Assembly (NCBI GenBank): GCA_013239625.1
Contig: MU054187.1
Coordinates: forward strand, 15,392,941 to 15,456,940
Length of the DNA: 64,000 nt
Source of the DNA: Lama guanicoe
Lineage: Eukaryota
Direction: 5' to 3'
Part shown: one piece after another, positions 40,490 through 54,095 of the stretch
Layout: each line of letters opens with the position of its first letter
Numbering within the stretch: the first letter of the stretch is position 1
The notes under the pieces: model-generated
Databases searched by the model: none
What the model saw: the letters and a program-made list of their open reading frames with translations, nothing else
What the model was told of the DNA's origin: nothing
Program-made: the position numbers and the translations under genes

Positions 40490-42206
40490 GTAAGTACCCA
40501 AATAACCTTTTGGATCAGAGATTTTAAGTTGTAACAATGAGTTATTTTTTTTAGAGCAACACATAGAATAATTTAATTTGTAAAAGAGAGAAGGTAACTT
40601 TTTGAAGCTCATTTCAACTATATCAATTTCATGGATAAAAAGAAGGAAGAATATCTGAATTCAAAGTTGAACCCTTTTGCTGATAAAGATCATGCTAAAA
40701 CTCCAAGTTTTCCAGTTTCATTACAAATGTCCACATTTATAGTTTTTCGTTTTGTGAAGAAATACATTTTTCAGCTGTGACAGAAAATGCCCGAGAAGGC
40801 TAATTAATTTGCGACTTCTTCCTGCCCTGTTTTGGGAGAATTATTTTTTTCATGCAACAATAGCTTTGTTAATAAGATAAATTAGATTACTAGGGAAGAA
40901 AGCAGTTTGAAAAGTCTCTAAATATGTAATATAGTATGCCAGCTTTCTTCTGTCCATTGAAATGTAATTTGACCCAACATAAAAGCATTGATTAACTTTT
41001 GAAATGTTTTTCATATTGGACATACTAAATGTATTACTCTAAAACAACATATTTTCATATGTACTCTGTGGAAAGTAGAAACATGTAGGCTTTTGAAATA
41101 TCTTTGTAGTTTCTCTTTCCTAATGTAAAAAAATAACTTTATTGAACCTCATACGGAATGCCTTTTCTTAGGAAATATGACATAGTCTTCCTTCACTTGT
41201 AACTGTACAATTGCGTGAAACTCCACATAGGAAATTCATAACAATAAGAAATAATGTATTAAAAATCCTTTAAAATTGGTGGAATGACATCCTATGCATA
41301 CAGTTTGTTCAAAGGCTTGATATGTGGTTTTCAGCCATTAGCAATTACTCTCTTACATAAAAGCTTTATAGAAACACCTAATTTATTAACTTATTCAGCA
41401 AATCTTTATTAATCACCTTCAATAAATAATAAATATTAGTTATTAGCTTTAGGAAGCCAAACACTGGGTGTTTCATTAAAGACCTTTTATCCTATTGTTT
41501 AATTTTTTCTCTTACCTTGTTTTTTTATTGTTTACTGTAGAAACTCTCTTGAAACTTGCAGGGCATGTCATATTAAAGTACCATCACAAATAAGCCTCAC
41601 CTTTTGCAATACATATTTCTCTGGAAATCTGGGTATAGATAAGCCAATTAAATGTTTCATATATAATGATATATTATTTGTATATACCTGCTTTTTAATA
41701 ATACACATAAGGAAGAGGAATTCATTCATTTATTGTAGACATTTTGTACAGTGGGGAAGCAAAAAGCAAATAATGCACATTCCTTTAAGGTATTTCTTAT
41801 TTAGTAGCTTTTTACTCTGCCTTTTATTGATTATTTTGTGATATTAAATTGTTTGATTCTGTGGTGAGAGGAAATAAATATACTGACAGTTTTAATTTTG
41901 ATAGAAAACTAACATATGGATTCAAACGTGTATTATTTTATGCTGTTATCTACAAGTTTTTGAGACTGATAATGAAAAGAGATCATTCTCTAATATCAAG
42001 AATGGTATTGACTTGGTTCATACTTGAAGACGATATGAGTTTAGCATAAAATAAATGATGGATTCTTAAACTACTACATGACTAGGTATTTAAATAAGAA
42101 TATTTAAGAAGAAATCAAATATTTATAGATGTGAAAAATAGGAGAGTTTATGTTGATGATCATGCACGGAAGAAAATGATTGACATTTTTATGTTTTTAT
42201 CTTCAG

Positions 42207-42250
42207 CAAATATCAGTCTGCTAATTCCTTCACAGTCTCTAAAGTAACAG
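42207..42250 (+). CDS. CRISPLD1: CRISPLD1 exon 11 (end of LCCL1)
   Basis: cttcag|C; encodes KYQSANSFTVSKVT; donor CAG|GTCAGC; 44 nt. Confidence 0.95.
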
Positions 42251-42352
42251 GTCAGCACTTTCTTCATCTGATTTTTTTTTTTTTTTAACCATTCTGTTGC
42301 ATGTTCTTGTTTCCAAAGGATTGGCTAATTGCTTTGTGTTTGAATTCTCCAG

Positions 42353-42425
42353 TCCAGGCTGTCACTTGTGAAACCACTGTGGAACAGCTCTGTCCATTTC
42401 ATAAGCCTGCTTCCCATTGCCCCAG
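42353..42425 (+). CDS. CRISPLD1: CRISPLD1 exon 12 (start of LCCL2)
   Basis: ctccag|TC; encodes (V)QAVTCETTVEQLCPFHKPASHCP(R); donor CAG|GTACTG; 73 nt. Confidence 0.96.
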
Positions 42426-43141
42426 GTACTGTTTTCTAAATTTCCTCATTCCTTTGCAACCAGTGAACAGTGGGGCTTTCAGCCAGGATAAATGCTTTTG
42501 CCCGAAGTCCTGGTGCGTCCAGGACTCAGAGGGTGTATGGTCTTGAACTGCTAAGCAGCGGGGAGCAGTGGGGCCACACGGACAGACTACGTGCACTCCA
42601 GGCACTGTCTCCAAAAAAAGTGGGTTCTTTGTTTTTGTCTATACAAAAAGCTTTAACATTTAAAAGAAAGAATCACGTGTTCATTGCTTCATTCTGACAG
42701 CTCTCCCAGGCGTGGCCTCCACACATCAGGCCCTTGCCAGGTCCTTGCAGGGCTGTTTAGCTGATCACGTCAGGGCCAGGCGGCCCCTCTCCCCAGGGTG
42801 AGGCTCCGAGTGCATCATTCACAGGATGCCTTCCCCAAAACAGGGTGTGAGATGTGCGCACCTGAGCCTTGCCTCCAGATTATGAAACCAGTCAATTTAG
42901 CACAATACTTGTCCGCACCTTTCACTTCAGAGTGTCATGTTTATTGAAGTGGAACTTTCTGGAATGGGGAAACCCAAAAAACTACCTGCTTAGTTAAAGA
43001 AAAAAAAATTTTTTTTCTATAGTATTCTAGACTGCAGGCAGGCAATCAACAATAGAATAAATTTCAGTAGCAAGTACCCTGTGCTGCGCCATAATAGAGT
43101 TTGTGCGTGTGGTCTGTGTGTGCACACGTGCTGCAGTGTGC

Positions 43142-43496
43142 TGTCTGAGCCAGCTTGGGCTACTACAGCAAAACATCCCAGACTGGGTGGTGTAAAGGAC
43201 AGAAATTTATCTTCTTATAGTTCTGGAGGCTGGAAGCCTAAGATCGAGTTATTGTCAGGTTTAGCTTCTTCTGAAGACTTCTTGAAGCCACTGTCCTTGC
43301 AGGTGGCTGGCTTTTCTCTGTGCCTTTACATGGCTGGGGCGGGAGAAAGCATTTTCTCTCTCTCTCCAGATAAAGGCCCCACCCTTATGACTTCTTTTAA
43401 TCACCTCCATGAAGGCTCTATCCCCAAATTCAGTCACATTGGGGATTGGTATTTCAGCATATGAATTTAGGGGACACAAGCATTCGGTCTGTAACA
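43142..43496 (-). mobile_element. MLT1 (MaLR) solo LTR
   Basis: TGTC...agaaatttat..tagttctggaggctggaagcctaagatc...atatgaatttaggggacaca...TAACA. Confidence 0.85.
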
Positions 43497-46279
43497 AGAT
43501 TTCACTACAGAAACTAAAATGGAAGGGCTTGTATTTTTAAGCAGTGTCATCCTAGTTGCTAAATTAGGTAAGTCTAATTGTGGCAAGTCAAAAGTTTATC
43601 TTCTGCCTTTCTTTTATTTTTGTTTTGTACTCTTTCATTTAAAATATTATAATGGAATTTGTCTACTATAAAATAATGGGGAAAAAGGCTTCCTGTATCT
43701 TGAGCAAGATAATGTGAAAGCAGTTAGAAGCACTATGGCCATAAGCCATAACCATATAAGAGAAATGAAGTATGTCCCTGCTCATCCAGCCTCACTTCCT
43801 TCCACATTACCTCCATCAATGCCAAGAAAGCCCATTTTAATTCCAAAACTAGTAACGAGATTTAGAAACTTGATTATAATTGATAAAGTATAGTTTAGTA
43901 AAAATTGAGGAAGCTCACTTTTTATGAAAAAGTTTACTTACTTTGGAGAAGTTTCCTCATTTACCCTTTTAAAATTAAAGCAATGTTTCATTTAAATTAT
44001 GAGAATTAGTTGTTCGCAAAGGGATAAAATACTGTGATGTTGATCTAAGACTTAAATACTTCATTTTTCCATTGGTGGGAAGTTTCTCAGTTACAGATAC
44101 TGCAGTGATATAAGCAATCAGTTCCTTTAGGTAACAATAGTTAACCTGTTTCCTTCTAAAAACCAAATCTGTTTGTCTGTACTCTCTTGTGAGAATACTG
44201 TTGTAATATTTCTGGTCAGCTAACTTGGTACCTACTGCTTTGAGAAGTTTTAAATTCTTCAGCATGTATTTTTATTGGAATCAGCAGTTTACACAACGTG
44301 TAGGATAATCTGAGGCTCACCTACAGTTTGAAAAATATATTTTTACCATCTGATCATGGATAAATTAAATGCCAAATAGTTTTATTATAAAAGTACACTC
44401 TCCTCTAACTAGAGATTTACAAATTATGCTCTCATAAGGATAACAAATTTAATTAAAATTGTGGTGTGTTTTATAATCTCAGGAAATTAAAAAAAATTTT
44501 TTCCCCACATTTCTCAAATGCCTATACTTACAGCTTGTATTTTTATAAAAAGAATGAGGTATATTGCTAGGTGAAACTGGTAAATTTTGCCATTGTGATA
44601 TGGTGGAAAAAAGCAAGCATTTTAGAATTATCCGTTTGTAAATATTTATTACATGCTTATTATATACCATTATTATGCTAGGCCCTATTTCAGCCATGTG
44701 TCAAGGTTTATGATATTCAAATAGTAAGGATAATTTCTGTAGAGCATTCAGCATAAAGCCTTCCTCTAGTATATGCTCAATAAATAGTAATTTTGTATCT
44801 AGAGAACAGTCTGTAGCAATATTGTTGTCCTCCCCAAAATCATTCAAGTGAAATATTAGTAAATAAGTTTTCTCTTTGTTGGCTTGAGGGGAAGTATCCT
44901 CCATACAGGAGTGGTATAAATTATTAAAATTCAATTTTAATTTTTGCTGTCACTATCATAACAAGTCTGTAGAAGTGATAATTTATACATAACTTTGACC
45001 TACAGTAGTCTGGAAAGCTTCCCTCTTGTTTTATTTTAGAAATGTGGTGGAACAAAGGTTAAGTTTTCTTTTCTCATATTAAAATTTTGAGTCGTTTGAT
45101 AAATTAGGTCATAATGGTATTATTTACATGACAGTTTATAACTTTTAGGGAACATATGGTTGGTACATCTGTTTGAAAATTTCATATCACTTGAAGAAGC
45201 TGAGGCATAAATCTGTTCTGGAGAAAAATGCCAACAGCAGATACATGACAGGAAATTAGCTGAAGATGAGGGTGAGGAAGTAAGATTTACCCGCACAGTC
45301 AAGTCCTTAAGAGGTTGCAAAGCTGGCAGAACAGCCTGAAATAAACTGTCTCTACTATTTAGTACCATAACCTTGTAGAAATTATGTGTGTGTGTGTGTG
45401 TGTGTTACTGGAAATCTTATTCTGCTTTACATCTGTCTGCAAAACAATTAGATCTTTAAAATCTATGGAAGGCTCAAGATGTAAAAGCAGGTACTGTTAA
45501 AATGTGTCAGCACTTTTGTTCAAAGCTTAAAAGCAAGTTGTCAATAAAGCAGTGTTTACTAGATCACTGTCTACATTTTCACAAGTATATAACAAGGTGT
45601 TAAAACCAGAGACTAGAACACAAACATGCAAGAAAGCTCCTGCAGTCTTTCTTTGACCTGAACTTACCTAAGTAGAAATTGCTAGTGGGGTGAACATGAA
45701 GTTGAGATAAGGAAAGGGTTGAAATAGAATAAATGTTTTCGGCCTGACCACCTGAACAATGGAGTTGAAATTTATTGTAGGAAGCCTACAGAAAGAAGGT
45801 ATTTAGGGGCCGGGGGAGGAGATCAGGAATTTAGTTTCAACATGCTAAATTTGAGATATAAGTGAAGATATTGAATAAACAGTAGGATGTACACATTTAG
45901 AATTAAGAGAAGAGATCCCAACTGGAGATGTAAATTTGGCAGTGAACAGTTTACAGATGATAATTAAAACCATGAAATTGGATGAGACGCCAAAGAACCT
46001 GAGATGTGTGAGGCAGACAATGATTCGGTTTTTCCAAGTTATATGTTTACTAACTTTTGCAGCCACATGGGGTACCAAATTCCCAGATACTGAGAGAGAG
46101 ATACTCTCTGATGTTTCCTTCTGCTTTGAATCCCCAAATTAGAAAGGTTCCTGGCTAAATTTAAAAAAGAGAAAGAAAGAAAAAGAGAAAAAAAAACCAC
46201 ATTTGTGCCAAAAGCTGGAAATGGATAAAGTAAGCAGAAACACTGTGTCTACTGTCTGGCTTGTGCAACTGACCTATTT

Positions 46280-46302
46280 TAGAAGGAAAAAAATGTGTAT
46301 AA

Positions 46303-46336
<34 letters not shown>

Positions 46337-46865
46337 GGAATACTATTTAGTTAGAAAAGAGAATGAAAATTTGCCATTTGCAATGTGAAAAGACACAGGG
46401 AGAAGATGGTCATCTGTAATGTAAGGAGAGAGGCCCTTTGAAGTAAAAAAAAAAAAAATTTGCCATTTGCAATAACATGGATGGACTTGGAGGGTATTAT
46501 GCTAAGTGGAACAAGTGGGACAGAGAAGGACATACTGTGTGATACACTCATGTGTGGAATGTAAAAGATTACAACCAACTAGTGAATATAAAAAAAAAGA
46601 AACATACTTACAGATCCAGAGAACAAACTGGTGGTTACCAGTGTTGAGAGGGACTTGAGAGGGGCAATACAGGGTAGGGGATTAAGAGGTATAAACTATT
46701 AGGTATAAAATACAATACAAGGGTATATTGTACGACACAGGGAATATAGCTAACATTTTATAATAACTATAAATGGGGCATAAGCTTTAAAAATTGTGAA
46801 TCACCATATTGTACACCTGTACCTTGTATAATATTGTACATCAGCTGTACTTCCATTGAAAAAAA
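46280..46865 (+). mobile_element. L1 ORF2 end / 3' UTR fragment containing a (CA)n tract and a nested short insertion
   Basis: ttgccatttgcaataacatggatggacttggagggtattatgctaagtg...gagaacaaactggtggttacc...tgtacacctg..., followed by an A tail. Confidence 0.85.
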
Positions 46866-46988
46866 GAGTAGAGTTTAGAATGCTGACTTTACTTTTGGGT
46901 ATGCATGTCTGGTCTTACTAAGAAAAAAAGACTGAAATAACCAGCTACTTAATATTTATAAATATAAATAAATGTATTCATTTTTCAG

Positions 46989-47064
46989 AGTATATTGTCC
47001 TCGTAACTGTATGCAGGCGAATCCACATTATGCTCGTGTAATTGGAACTCGAATTTATTCTGAT
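46989..47064 (+). CDS. CRISPLD1: CRISPLD1 exon 13 (LCCL2)
   Basis: tttcag|A; encodes VYCPRNCMQANPHYARVIGTRIYSD; donor GAT|GTAAGT; 76 nt. Confidence 0.96.
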
Positions 47065-47974
47065 GTAAGTATCCTAATTTGTGCAGCTCTCAGTATCTAT
47101 CCGTCTATATGTACATGCACATGTATGTTTAAATGTATATATGTACATTATATACAGAAAAAGGAACAGATTCTGTGTCGAGATATATATATATATATAT
47201 TCAGAAGAGTCAATTATCAGTAACACTAAAAATGAATATCCGTGTGCAAATATGCTTGCAGAATCATTAATTTTGACTAAATTTTTCTTCATATCTTATC
47301 CATGTATCTTAGACACTGAATTAAATAGTTTGGACACATCCTTGGGAAGGAAAAAGCATTTTACTTTTCTTTAACCTTCCTTTTAGTTCTTAAGTATTTG
47401 ACAGATAAACTGGATAATTAAGAGTTTGTCAAATGTCTGAACAATATCGCCACTGTTAAATGGGTGTTTAAAAAAGTAGCATAGAATCAAAAACAGGTAA
47501 TATTAAAATACGTACAGAAGGAAACCACTTGAGGGTGTGTTGTAATGGATGACAGAGCTAGGGTGGGGCTGGACCAGGAAGATTAGCTGTGATGGCTTCA
47601 GTGTGGATAAGTGCTTTTTGATCCAGGTCTCAAGGGTGGGTTTGTCAAGAGGATTAGTGCACATTCTAGGCAGGGTAAATGGCATCTACAAAGACACGGA
47701 GGTGACAGCAAGTGAGCTGGAAGTGGACATAGCATGTAGGCTTGCTTGTATCTGAGCTGGTGAGAATTGAAGCTAAAAGGGGCTGCAGCCAATTTAGTGA
47801 GGGATGGAGGGAGGGGTCCGGCTCTTGAAACATGTAATTGGAGAGTCTACATACATGCTGATGAGTTTAGATTTTATGTGGCAGACATTTGGAAACCACT
47901 ATCAATATCTAATCCAAAGAGCTACAAAAACAAATTTAAGAAATACATTCTTGATGCACTTATTTAATAGAATA

Positions 47975-48125
47975 ACCTTTAATGAAAAAGAATATGAAAA
48001 CAAATATATGTATGTATAGGCATGACTGGGACATTATGCTCTGCACCAGAAATTGATACATTGTAACTGACTCTTCTTCAATTGAAAAGAAAAAATTAAA
48101 AAAACTATCTAGATAAAAAAAAGAA
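47975..48125 (+). mobile_element. Short L1 3'-end fragment
   Basis: atgactgggacattatgctctgcaccagaaattgatacattgtaactgac plus A-rich tail; a related copy lies at 56854-56966. Confidence 0.75.
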
Positions 48126-50180
48126 TAATATGGAAATATTATTGTGAAGAGAGGCCTGAAATGTGTTACCACCTTATTTCTCTTGGTGAGTTCATTTAGG
48201 TCCAGTTTTTTTTTTTCTTTTCCAGTTCAGCTTTACATTTAAAATGATTCTCCAAAACCCAAGTCTCTCTCCCAGCTCCAAAATATCCTATACATTTCTA
48301 TACCTATAAGCCGTGTCTTTGCTAGAGTTAAGGTTTTGTTAGAACTGTATCCTGAGATCATTTTATCTTCCTACCTCATGAAATGGGGTAAGAAATTATG
48401 TTTTACTATGTGGAAGAATTTGGAAATGTAAAAATTTCTCTTATGTGCTAAGTACAGAGTCAGAGATTCAACCATTTGTTAATCAATCAATCTTTCTGTC
48501 CCCTACATTATCTTTTTAAAACAAGATTTGGAAAGATGAGAAACAATCTACCAATCTCCCTCCCTCCCGCATCTTTTTTTTTCTCTCTCTCTCTCTCTCC
48601 ATCTGTAGAGTTAGAACTTGTGCATTCTATTACTTTAAGCTTTCATTTCTCATTCATTACAGATGAAGTTAATTTCTGCATTTATTAAAAATGTTCCACT
48701 GTTTTCACAGATGTAGCCTTTCTTTTTGTGATATATTAATTCTTACAAAGTGTGAGTAGAAAAAGAAAATCTCTTCTGACCTTTGAACTCAAATCGGAAT
48801 GCCTGCTGACTGCATAGTTATGGCAAAACAATAGTTTTGAACCATATTAAGTGCTTGGATTTAATGAATGTTGTATCTAAACACTCTTATTGCCTTGGGA
48901 AAAATGCTGATAATACCCTTTTAACAGAACAGGATAAATACTGAAATGTGTCCAGAGTTATTTTTAATTCCATCTGTTACGAACCATATTGGACACAAAT
49001 GTTATTCTGTGCGGGACTTTAAATGGTGAATAAACTGCTTTCTCAGAGTAAGGATATGGGGTTTTAGATGGATGGTATTTTGTGATATAGCAAAAACATG
49101 AAAAGGATTAAACAGCTTGGCATTCGGTCTCTGATCTAATAAATACTGACTGATGCTACAGAGTTCAGAGCGCAGTAATAAAGCAAGGTCACATAAGATG
49201 CACATGCTTATGTGAACTTAAAAAAGCACATTAAGTCACTCACATGTGAGTGAGATAAGAACGCACCAGCGGGATCAGAAAGGACCCGTGGGGATATGAG
49301 GTGGATTGCTTTATCCTGAAACAGTTCAAGTGTTTCATTTTGTGGGATTTCCTCAGGCTATACTCAGCAATTGACAAATTTTGGTAGAATATTTGGATGA
49401 ATGCCACTGTTAAAATCTGCAGAAGACTTTAATTGACCAAAGGAACTCAGTTGTGTAAAAAAAAAAAAAAAGGAAACCATTTTCTCCTTTATAGAAATTC
49501 TGATCAGCTCAGATTCTATAATTGATACAATGCAAAAATAGAACTTTCTCAGTACCTCATGTCAGATGAGAGTCATGAACGTTGCAAATCTAGGTAGAAG
49601 CTATGTTTGTTCTTCGTATTTTTTTTTGCGGGGGTTACTCTTTTGGGCACGTTTTCTCTGGGCAGATTATATTATCTAATAGGAAAAACCTCTCCATTTA
49701 ATATATGCCTGTATTTTGGAAGAGGGACTAACGATATACAGAACTATGTTTGCGTTTTTTTAAGTCAAAACTGAATATAAATGAGGTCCAGATAATCCAA
49801 CCTGTGAACATTTGGTCAGAGTGGCTCGACTAGGCATTAGCAAAAGGCTGAAATTTAAGAATAAGAAATAGGCCCTTAAGGGATAAAAGGAGTGAATTTG
49901 CATTTTATTGCTTCAACAAAAGTAAAAGCTTGCTGTCTGGACAGATTAGATGGTGAAGGCATCTTATCATTGCCGCCACCCTTAAGATCTGCCTTCAGAT
50001 CTGACTTGCTCAAAATTGGCCTCAACTTTGTGACTTTGAAAACATTTCTTTACATACAAAACATCCCGCAGCTGCTCACTGGGTATCCATATAGAGACAG
50101 ATGTCAGCGACCAGGAGAGTAGGCTGACCAGGTTCAGCAGACATTTCCTAACAGTGATGGGTTTTTCCTTGCTCCCTCAG

Positions 50181-50311
50181 CTGTCCAGTATCTGCAGAGC
50201 AGCAGTACACGCTGGGGTGGTTCGAAATCATGGTGGCTATGTTGACGTTATGCCTGTGGACAAAAGAAAGACTTACACTGCTTCTTTTCAGAATGGAATC
50301 TTCTCAGAAAG
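50181..50311 (+). CDS. CRISPLD1: CRISPLD1 exon 14 (LCCL2, [11 protein letters not shown] motif)
   Basis: cctcag|CTG; encodes [43 protein letters not shown](S); donor AAG|GTAAAT; 131 nt. Confidence 0.97.
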
Positions 50312-51159
50312 GTAAATACATTAATATGTGTATTTATAAACATATATCCAAATATTTAGATAAACTTATCTATCTATCTGTCTATCATCTATCTGTATCA
50401 TCTATCCCTATACTTGCTTTACAACCATCTGGCTTTAGAGTGGGTTTGAAGTTTCATGACTGAGCTGGTGTGTGTCCTTTGCACACTGTGTAATAGTCGG
50501 TCTTCGAGGGATGGGAGAAGCTGTAGTACCAGAGGTGCCTGTCTCCTGCAGGCTTATAAAAATCAACGTGAAAATCGGATACGAGTCAGAACCACTCTTT
50601 TGTTAATTGATCTTATAATAAGGAAATTTCTTTCATCCTCTTTTGGATTTTCTAGATTAGTTTTTATATGTAATTCTTTCTAGGTGAGCAAGGCACTGAA
50701 TATTTCTCTAATCCAGTTCTCTGACAGAGTATTTGACACAAACAATGAGTCTGATTTTCCCTGGAACCAGATTCTCTTTTTGATTGGAAGTTGGATGCCT
50801 AGTACGATATAAATGAACTCTTTCAGGCATTCTTGTATTTGGTGTCATATATTTAGTGGTTTGATAAAATTCATGTGACTTAATAAAACTTAAGAGAAAA
50901 AAAAACTGCAATGATTTTTCAAATACTTGGTACCTGTGGAGGTAATATGAAGTCCCGTGTATTTTGTATAGATACAAAAAAGTCCCTAACTTTTACACAT
51001 TTACTGGTTCTTCAAATTTGCCAGTGGAGGGTTTACACTATGGTGAAATTTCTCTAACGGACACCAAAAGGTGCATCATGCAGTGTCTAGATTGCCTTCC
51101 ACATGAGCATCTGGGTCCCATCTTTTTACATGGCAGCTTTGTGTTTAGCATCTATTTTC

Positions 51160-51326
51160 CTTTTTGGTTTTGTTTTGCTGCTTAACTCTATTTTATGTAT
51201 GTTATTCTTTATGTATTTTTAATTAATTTTTCATTTTATAAATTTTTCAGTAGAGGTACAGGGGATTGAAGCCAGGACCTTGTGCATGCTAAGCACATGC
51301 TCTGCCACTAAGCTACACCCTCCCCC
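51160..51326 (-). mobile_element. tRNA-derived SINE, camelid Vic-1-like (second copy)
   Basis: ggggattgaagccaggaccttgtgcatgctaagcacatgctctgccactaagctacaccctcccc; TSD tagcatctattttc (51146-51159) / tagcatctcttttc (51327-51340). Confidence 0.85.
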
Positions 51327-51849
51327 TAGCATCTCTTTTCAGATGAGACTGTATCAAGGAGCCGTTGTTAAGAAGGTGACTTCTCTACACCTGGCTCATC
51401 AGGCTCATAGCAATACCCCAGAGTGCTTACCATTTTCCAAGTCTGACAAAATTTAAATTATATTGCCATCATACTTATATTTTTAACATCTATAGTTTCA
51501 AGAAAAATTTTAGTGAGGAAATTTAATGGACAAAGCTGAGATCCTAAGAATTTCTTCTCTGAAATGAAAAACATGCAGAGCTCGCTCCTCACACACACCC
51601 TTCCTCCATCCCTCTCTCTCTCCATTTCTCTCCTCCCGTATGTTTATCTATATACATGAATACTAAATATGATATATAAAGTAGATTCTAGAGTTATTGA
51701 GTATGATTGCAGTTTCATAAGCTGAACTGAGTGATGTGGTTTCACTTGCTTGTCATATTTCTTAAGTTTATTTTAAAACTATAAGATAGATGATATTCTA
51801 GGAAAACTGAGAAAAATATTTTTTTGAACACCTGCCATGAATTTTCCAG

Positions 51850-52030
51850 ATGCTTTTGGACCTTTTAATTGTATTAACTCAGCTCCACTAAATAGCCTTA
51901 TTAAGCTGGTTCTATAAACCCTAATTTACAGGCATGTTAATTGAGGCTCAGAGAGGTTAAATGATTTGCCCAAGGTCACATAACTAGTCAGTCAGAACTC
52001 AGATTCAGCACTAGTTCTAGAGGTTTAGAA
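51850..52030 (-). mobile_element. MIR SINE
   Basis: gaggctcagagaggttaaatgatttgcccaaggtcacataactagt. Confidence 0.8.
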
Positions 52031-52976
52031 ATATGTATTTTTCCAATGTTTCACTGTGTATAAAGAAGAAACACCAAACACATTTGCTTTCTGGAACACA
52101 TTGTCTACCTGTTTCCTACAAACATAAATGACTTTCAGTTGGCCATCTGCTTGTATGAAAAACCTGGCGCCTGTGTGTGTTTATTGTGTAATGTTGTGTG
52201 TATACACTTGTGACGTTCTCATCTCTTCTTCATTCTAAAAATTCTCTTTCTTTTCTTGTACATGAATAACTGTATAAAAGAAATTGCATTTTGTCTTGCT
52301 CTTAGCATTTATTGTGTTTATCTCTAAAAGTTTTTTATATTATTAAGAAAATTAAAACCTTATGCAAAAATATAAACTTTAAAAGTTTACACTGTATTAG
52401 AATAAATAATGATTAACGGCATTGTCAACCTGGTTTTAACTTGAGGTATTTAAACAAAACATATACCTTGATTAGTATTATCAAATAAAATACAAATAAT
52501 TTAATAAAGAGTAAAAAGGATGATTCTGTATTGCTTTAAAGTTCTGTTTTCAAATACCTCTGAAATGAACTTTAGTGCTGTGTGTGTGTGTGTGTGTTTC
52601 CACTTCAGTGAAGAAATTCTTAGGACCTTTCAGATTTGACCATTAAATTTCCTCAGTAAAACTTTTTTGAAGCCATAGTCTTAAAAATATTAATAAGTAT
52701 ACTAACTATATAATTTAAATTTTGTCAGGCTTAGGAAATTATAATTTCCTATGCACCTTAAATTTCTTTAGTAAACTTGCAGTCAGCATACAACCATGAT
52801 TTAAAGAATTACATCACCCTCACTCAAGCTTTCCAATAGCTATAAATTATGGGAGTCTAAGAAAGTTGGCCATCTGGATTCATAGAGCAACTTTCTTGAC
52901 TGTCATAAGAGAGCATGATTTGTTTGAAGGACTACATGTGGAGATGACATCAATATACTTTGTGTATTTTTTGCAG

Positions 52977-53028
52977 TTTACAGAATCCCCCAGGAGGAAA
53001 GGCATTCAGAGTATTTGCTGTTGTGTGA
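52977..53028 (+). CDS. CRISPLD1: CRISPLD1 exon 15 coding part (C-terminus and stop)
   Basis: ttgcag|T; encodes LQNPPGGKAFRVFAVV*, TGA 53026-53028. Coding exon lengths sum to 1503 nt (500 aa plus stop) with consistent phases. Confidence 0.97.
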
Positions 53029-54095
53029 AATGGAACACTTGGAAGAGAATCATAAAGACTATTCCAAATGCCATATTTCTGAATTTTGTATAAAACTGTA
53101 ACATTACTGTACAGAAGATATCAACTATTTTCAGCCCCCCTAAAAGTGCCAAAATGCCTATAAATCTTGATAGACTTCATCTGTAAAATAAAACATGGGA
53201 CATTATTAGCTTTGGGAAAAGTAATGAATATGTAATGGTTTTAGAAATCCTGTGTTAAATATTGCTATATTTTCTTAGCAGTTATTTTTTACAGTTAATT
53301 AGGTAGTCATAATTGTTCTACATTTCATATATGATATGATACGGTGCTTTGTATATGCCACTAATAAAATGAATCTAAACATTGAATGTGAATGGCCCTC
53401 AGTAAATCTTCTGGTGCATTTAAAAACAATAATAACAGAAATAATAACTATAAAAATGACAAAAACGTACTACGTTTTCCCCAGTTCAGTGTTATGATTA
53501 CCTATTCCATATATATCAAATTATTTTCTACATAATACCTGTATAGGTTTTCTCTTTTATTAAGTCTAGGCATATAGAATATTAAGTCCTGATATTGCAC
53601 TTATTTTTTTATAAAATAATTCCATAATATACAAGTGAATCTGTACAAATGTTTGATTCCTTGGGAATGGCCTTAATAGTACATGGAATGAAGTCAGGGT
53701 AGTGATACAAAAACATTTCTAGTGATCACATAGTAAATAGAGGGTGAAGTGTGGGCAACCAGAGCTTTCTATGCATTGTTCAAACTGAGGTCACACATTT
53801 CCTTTTGTATCCTGGCAAATACTCCTGCAGGCCAGGAAGTATAATAGCAAAAAGTTTAACAAAGATGAACTAATGCATTGCATCACCATTGCCACTGAAT
53901 TTTCTTAATGGTAAATGGCCTTGTGTATAAATGTTGCCATATTATGGTACCTATAATGGTGATATGTTTGTTTGTATGAAATATGTATTGTGCTTTGAGA
54001 CTGAAAATCTGTAAAATGTTAACTTTGGTAATTTTTTTTCTGCTGGTGAATTTACTCTTTCCCTGAAAACATATTAAAATTAATCATATTTCAAA
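53029..54095 (+). other. CRISPLD1: CRISPLD1 3' UTR with candidate polyadenylation signals (3' end uncertain, may extend further)
   Basis: AU-rich with many TGTA motifs; AATAAA at 53187-53192 and 53363-53368; ATTAAA at 54073-54078 followed by GT-rich gtgttgtttc. Confidence 0.6.
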
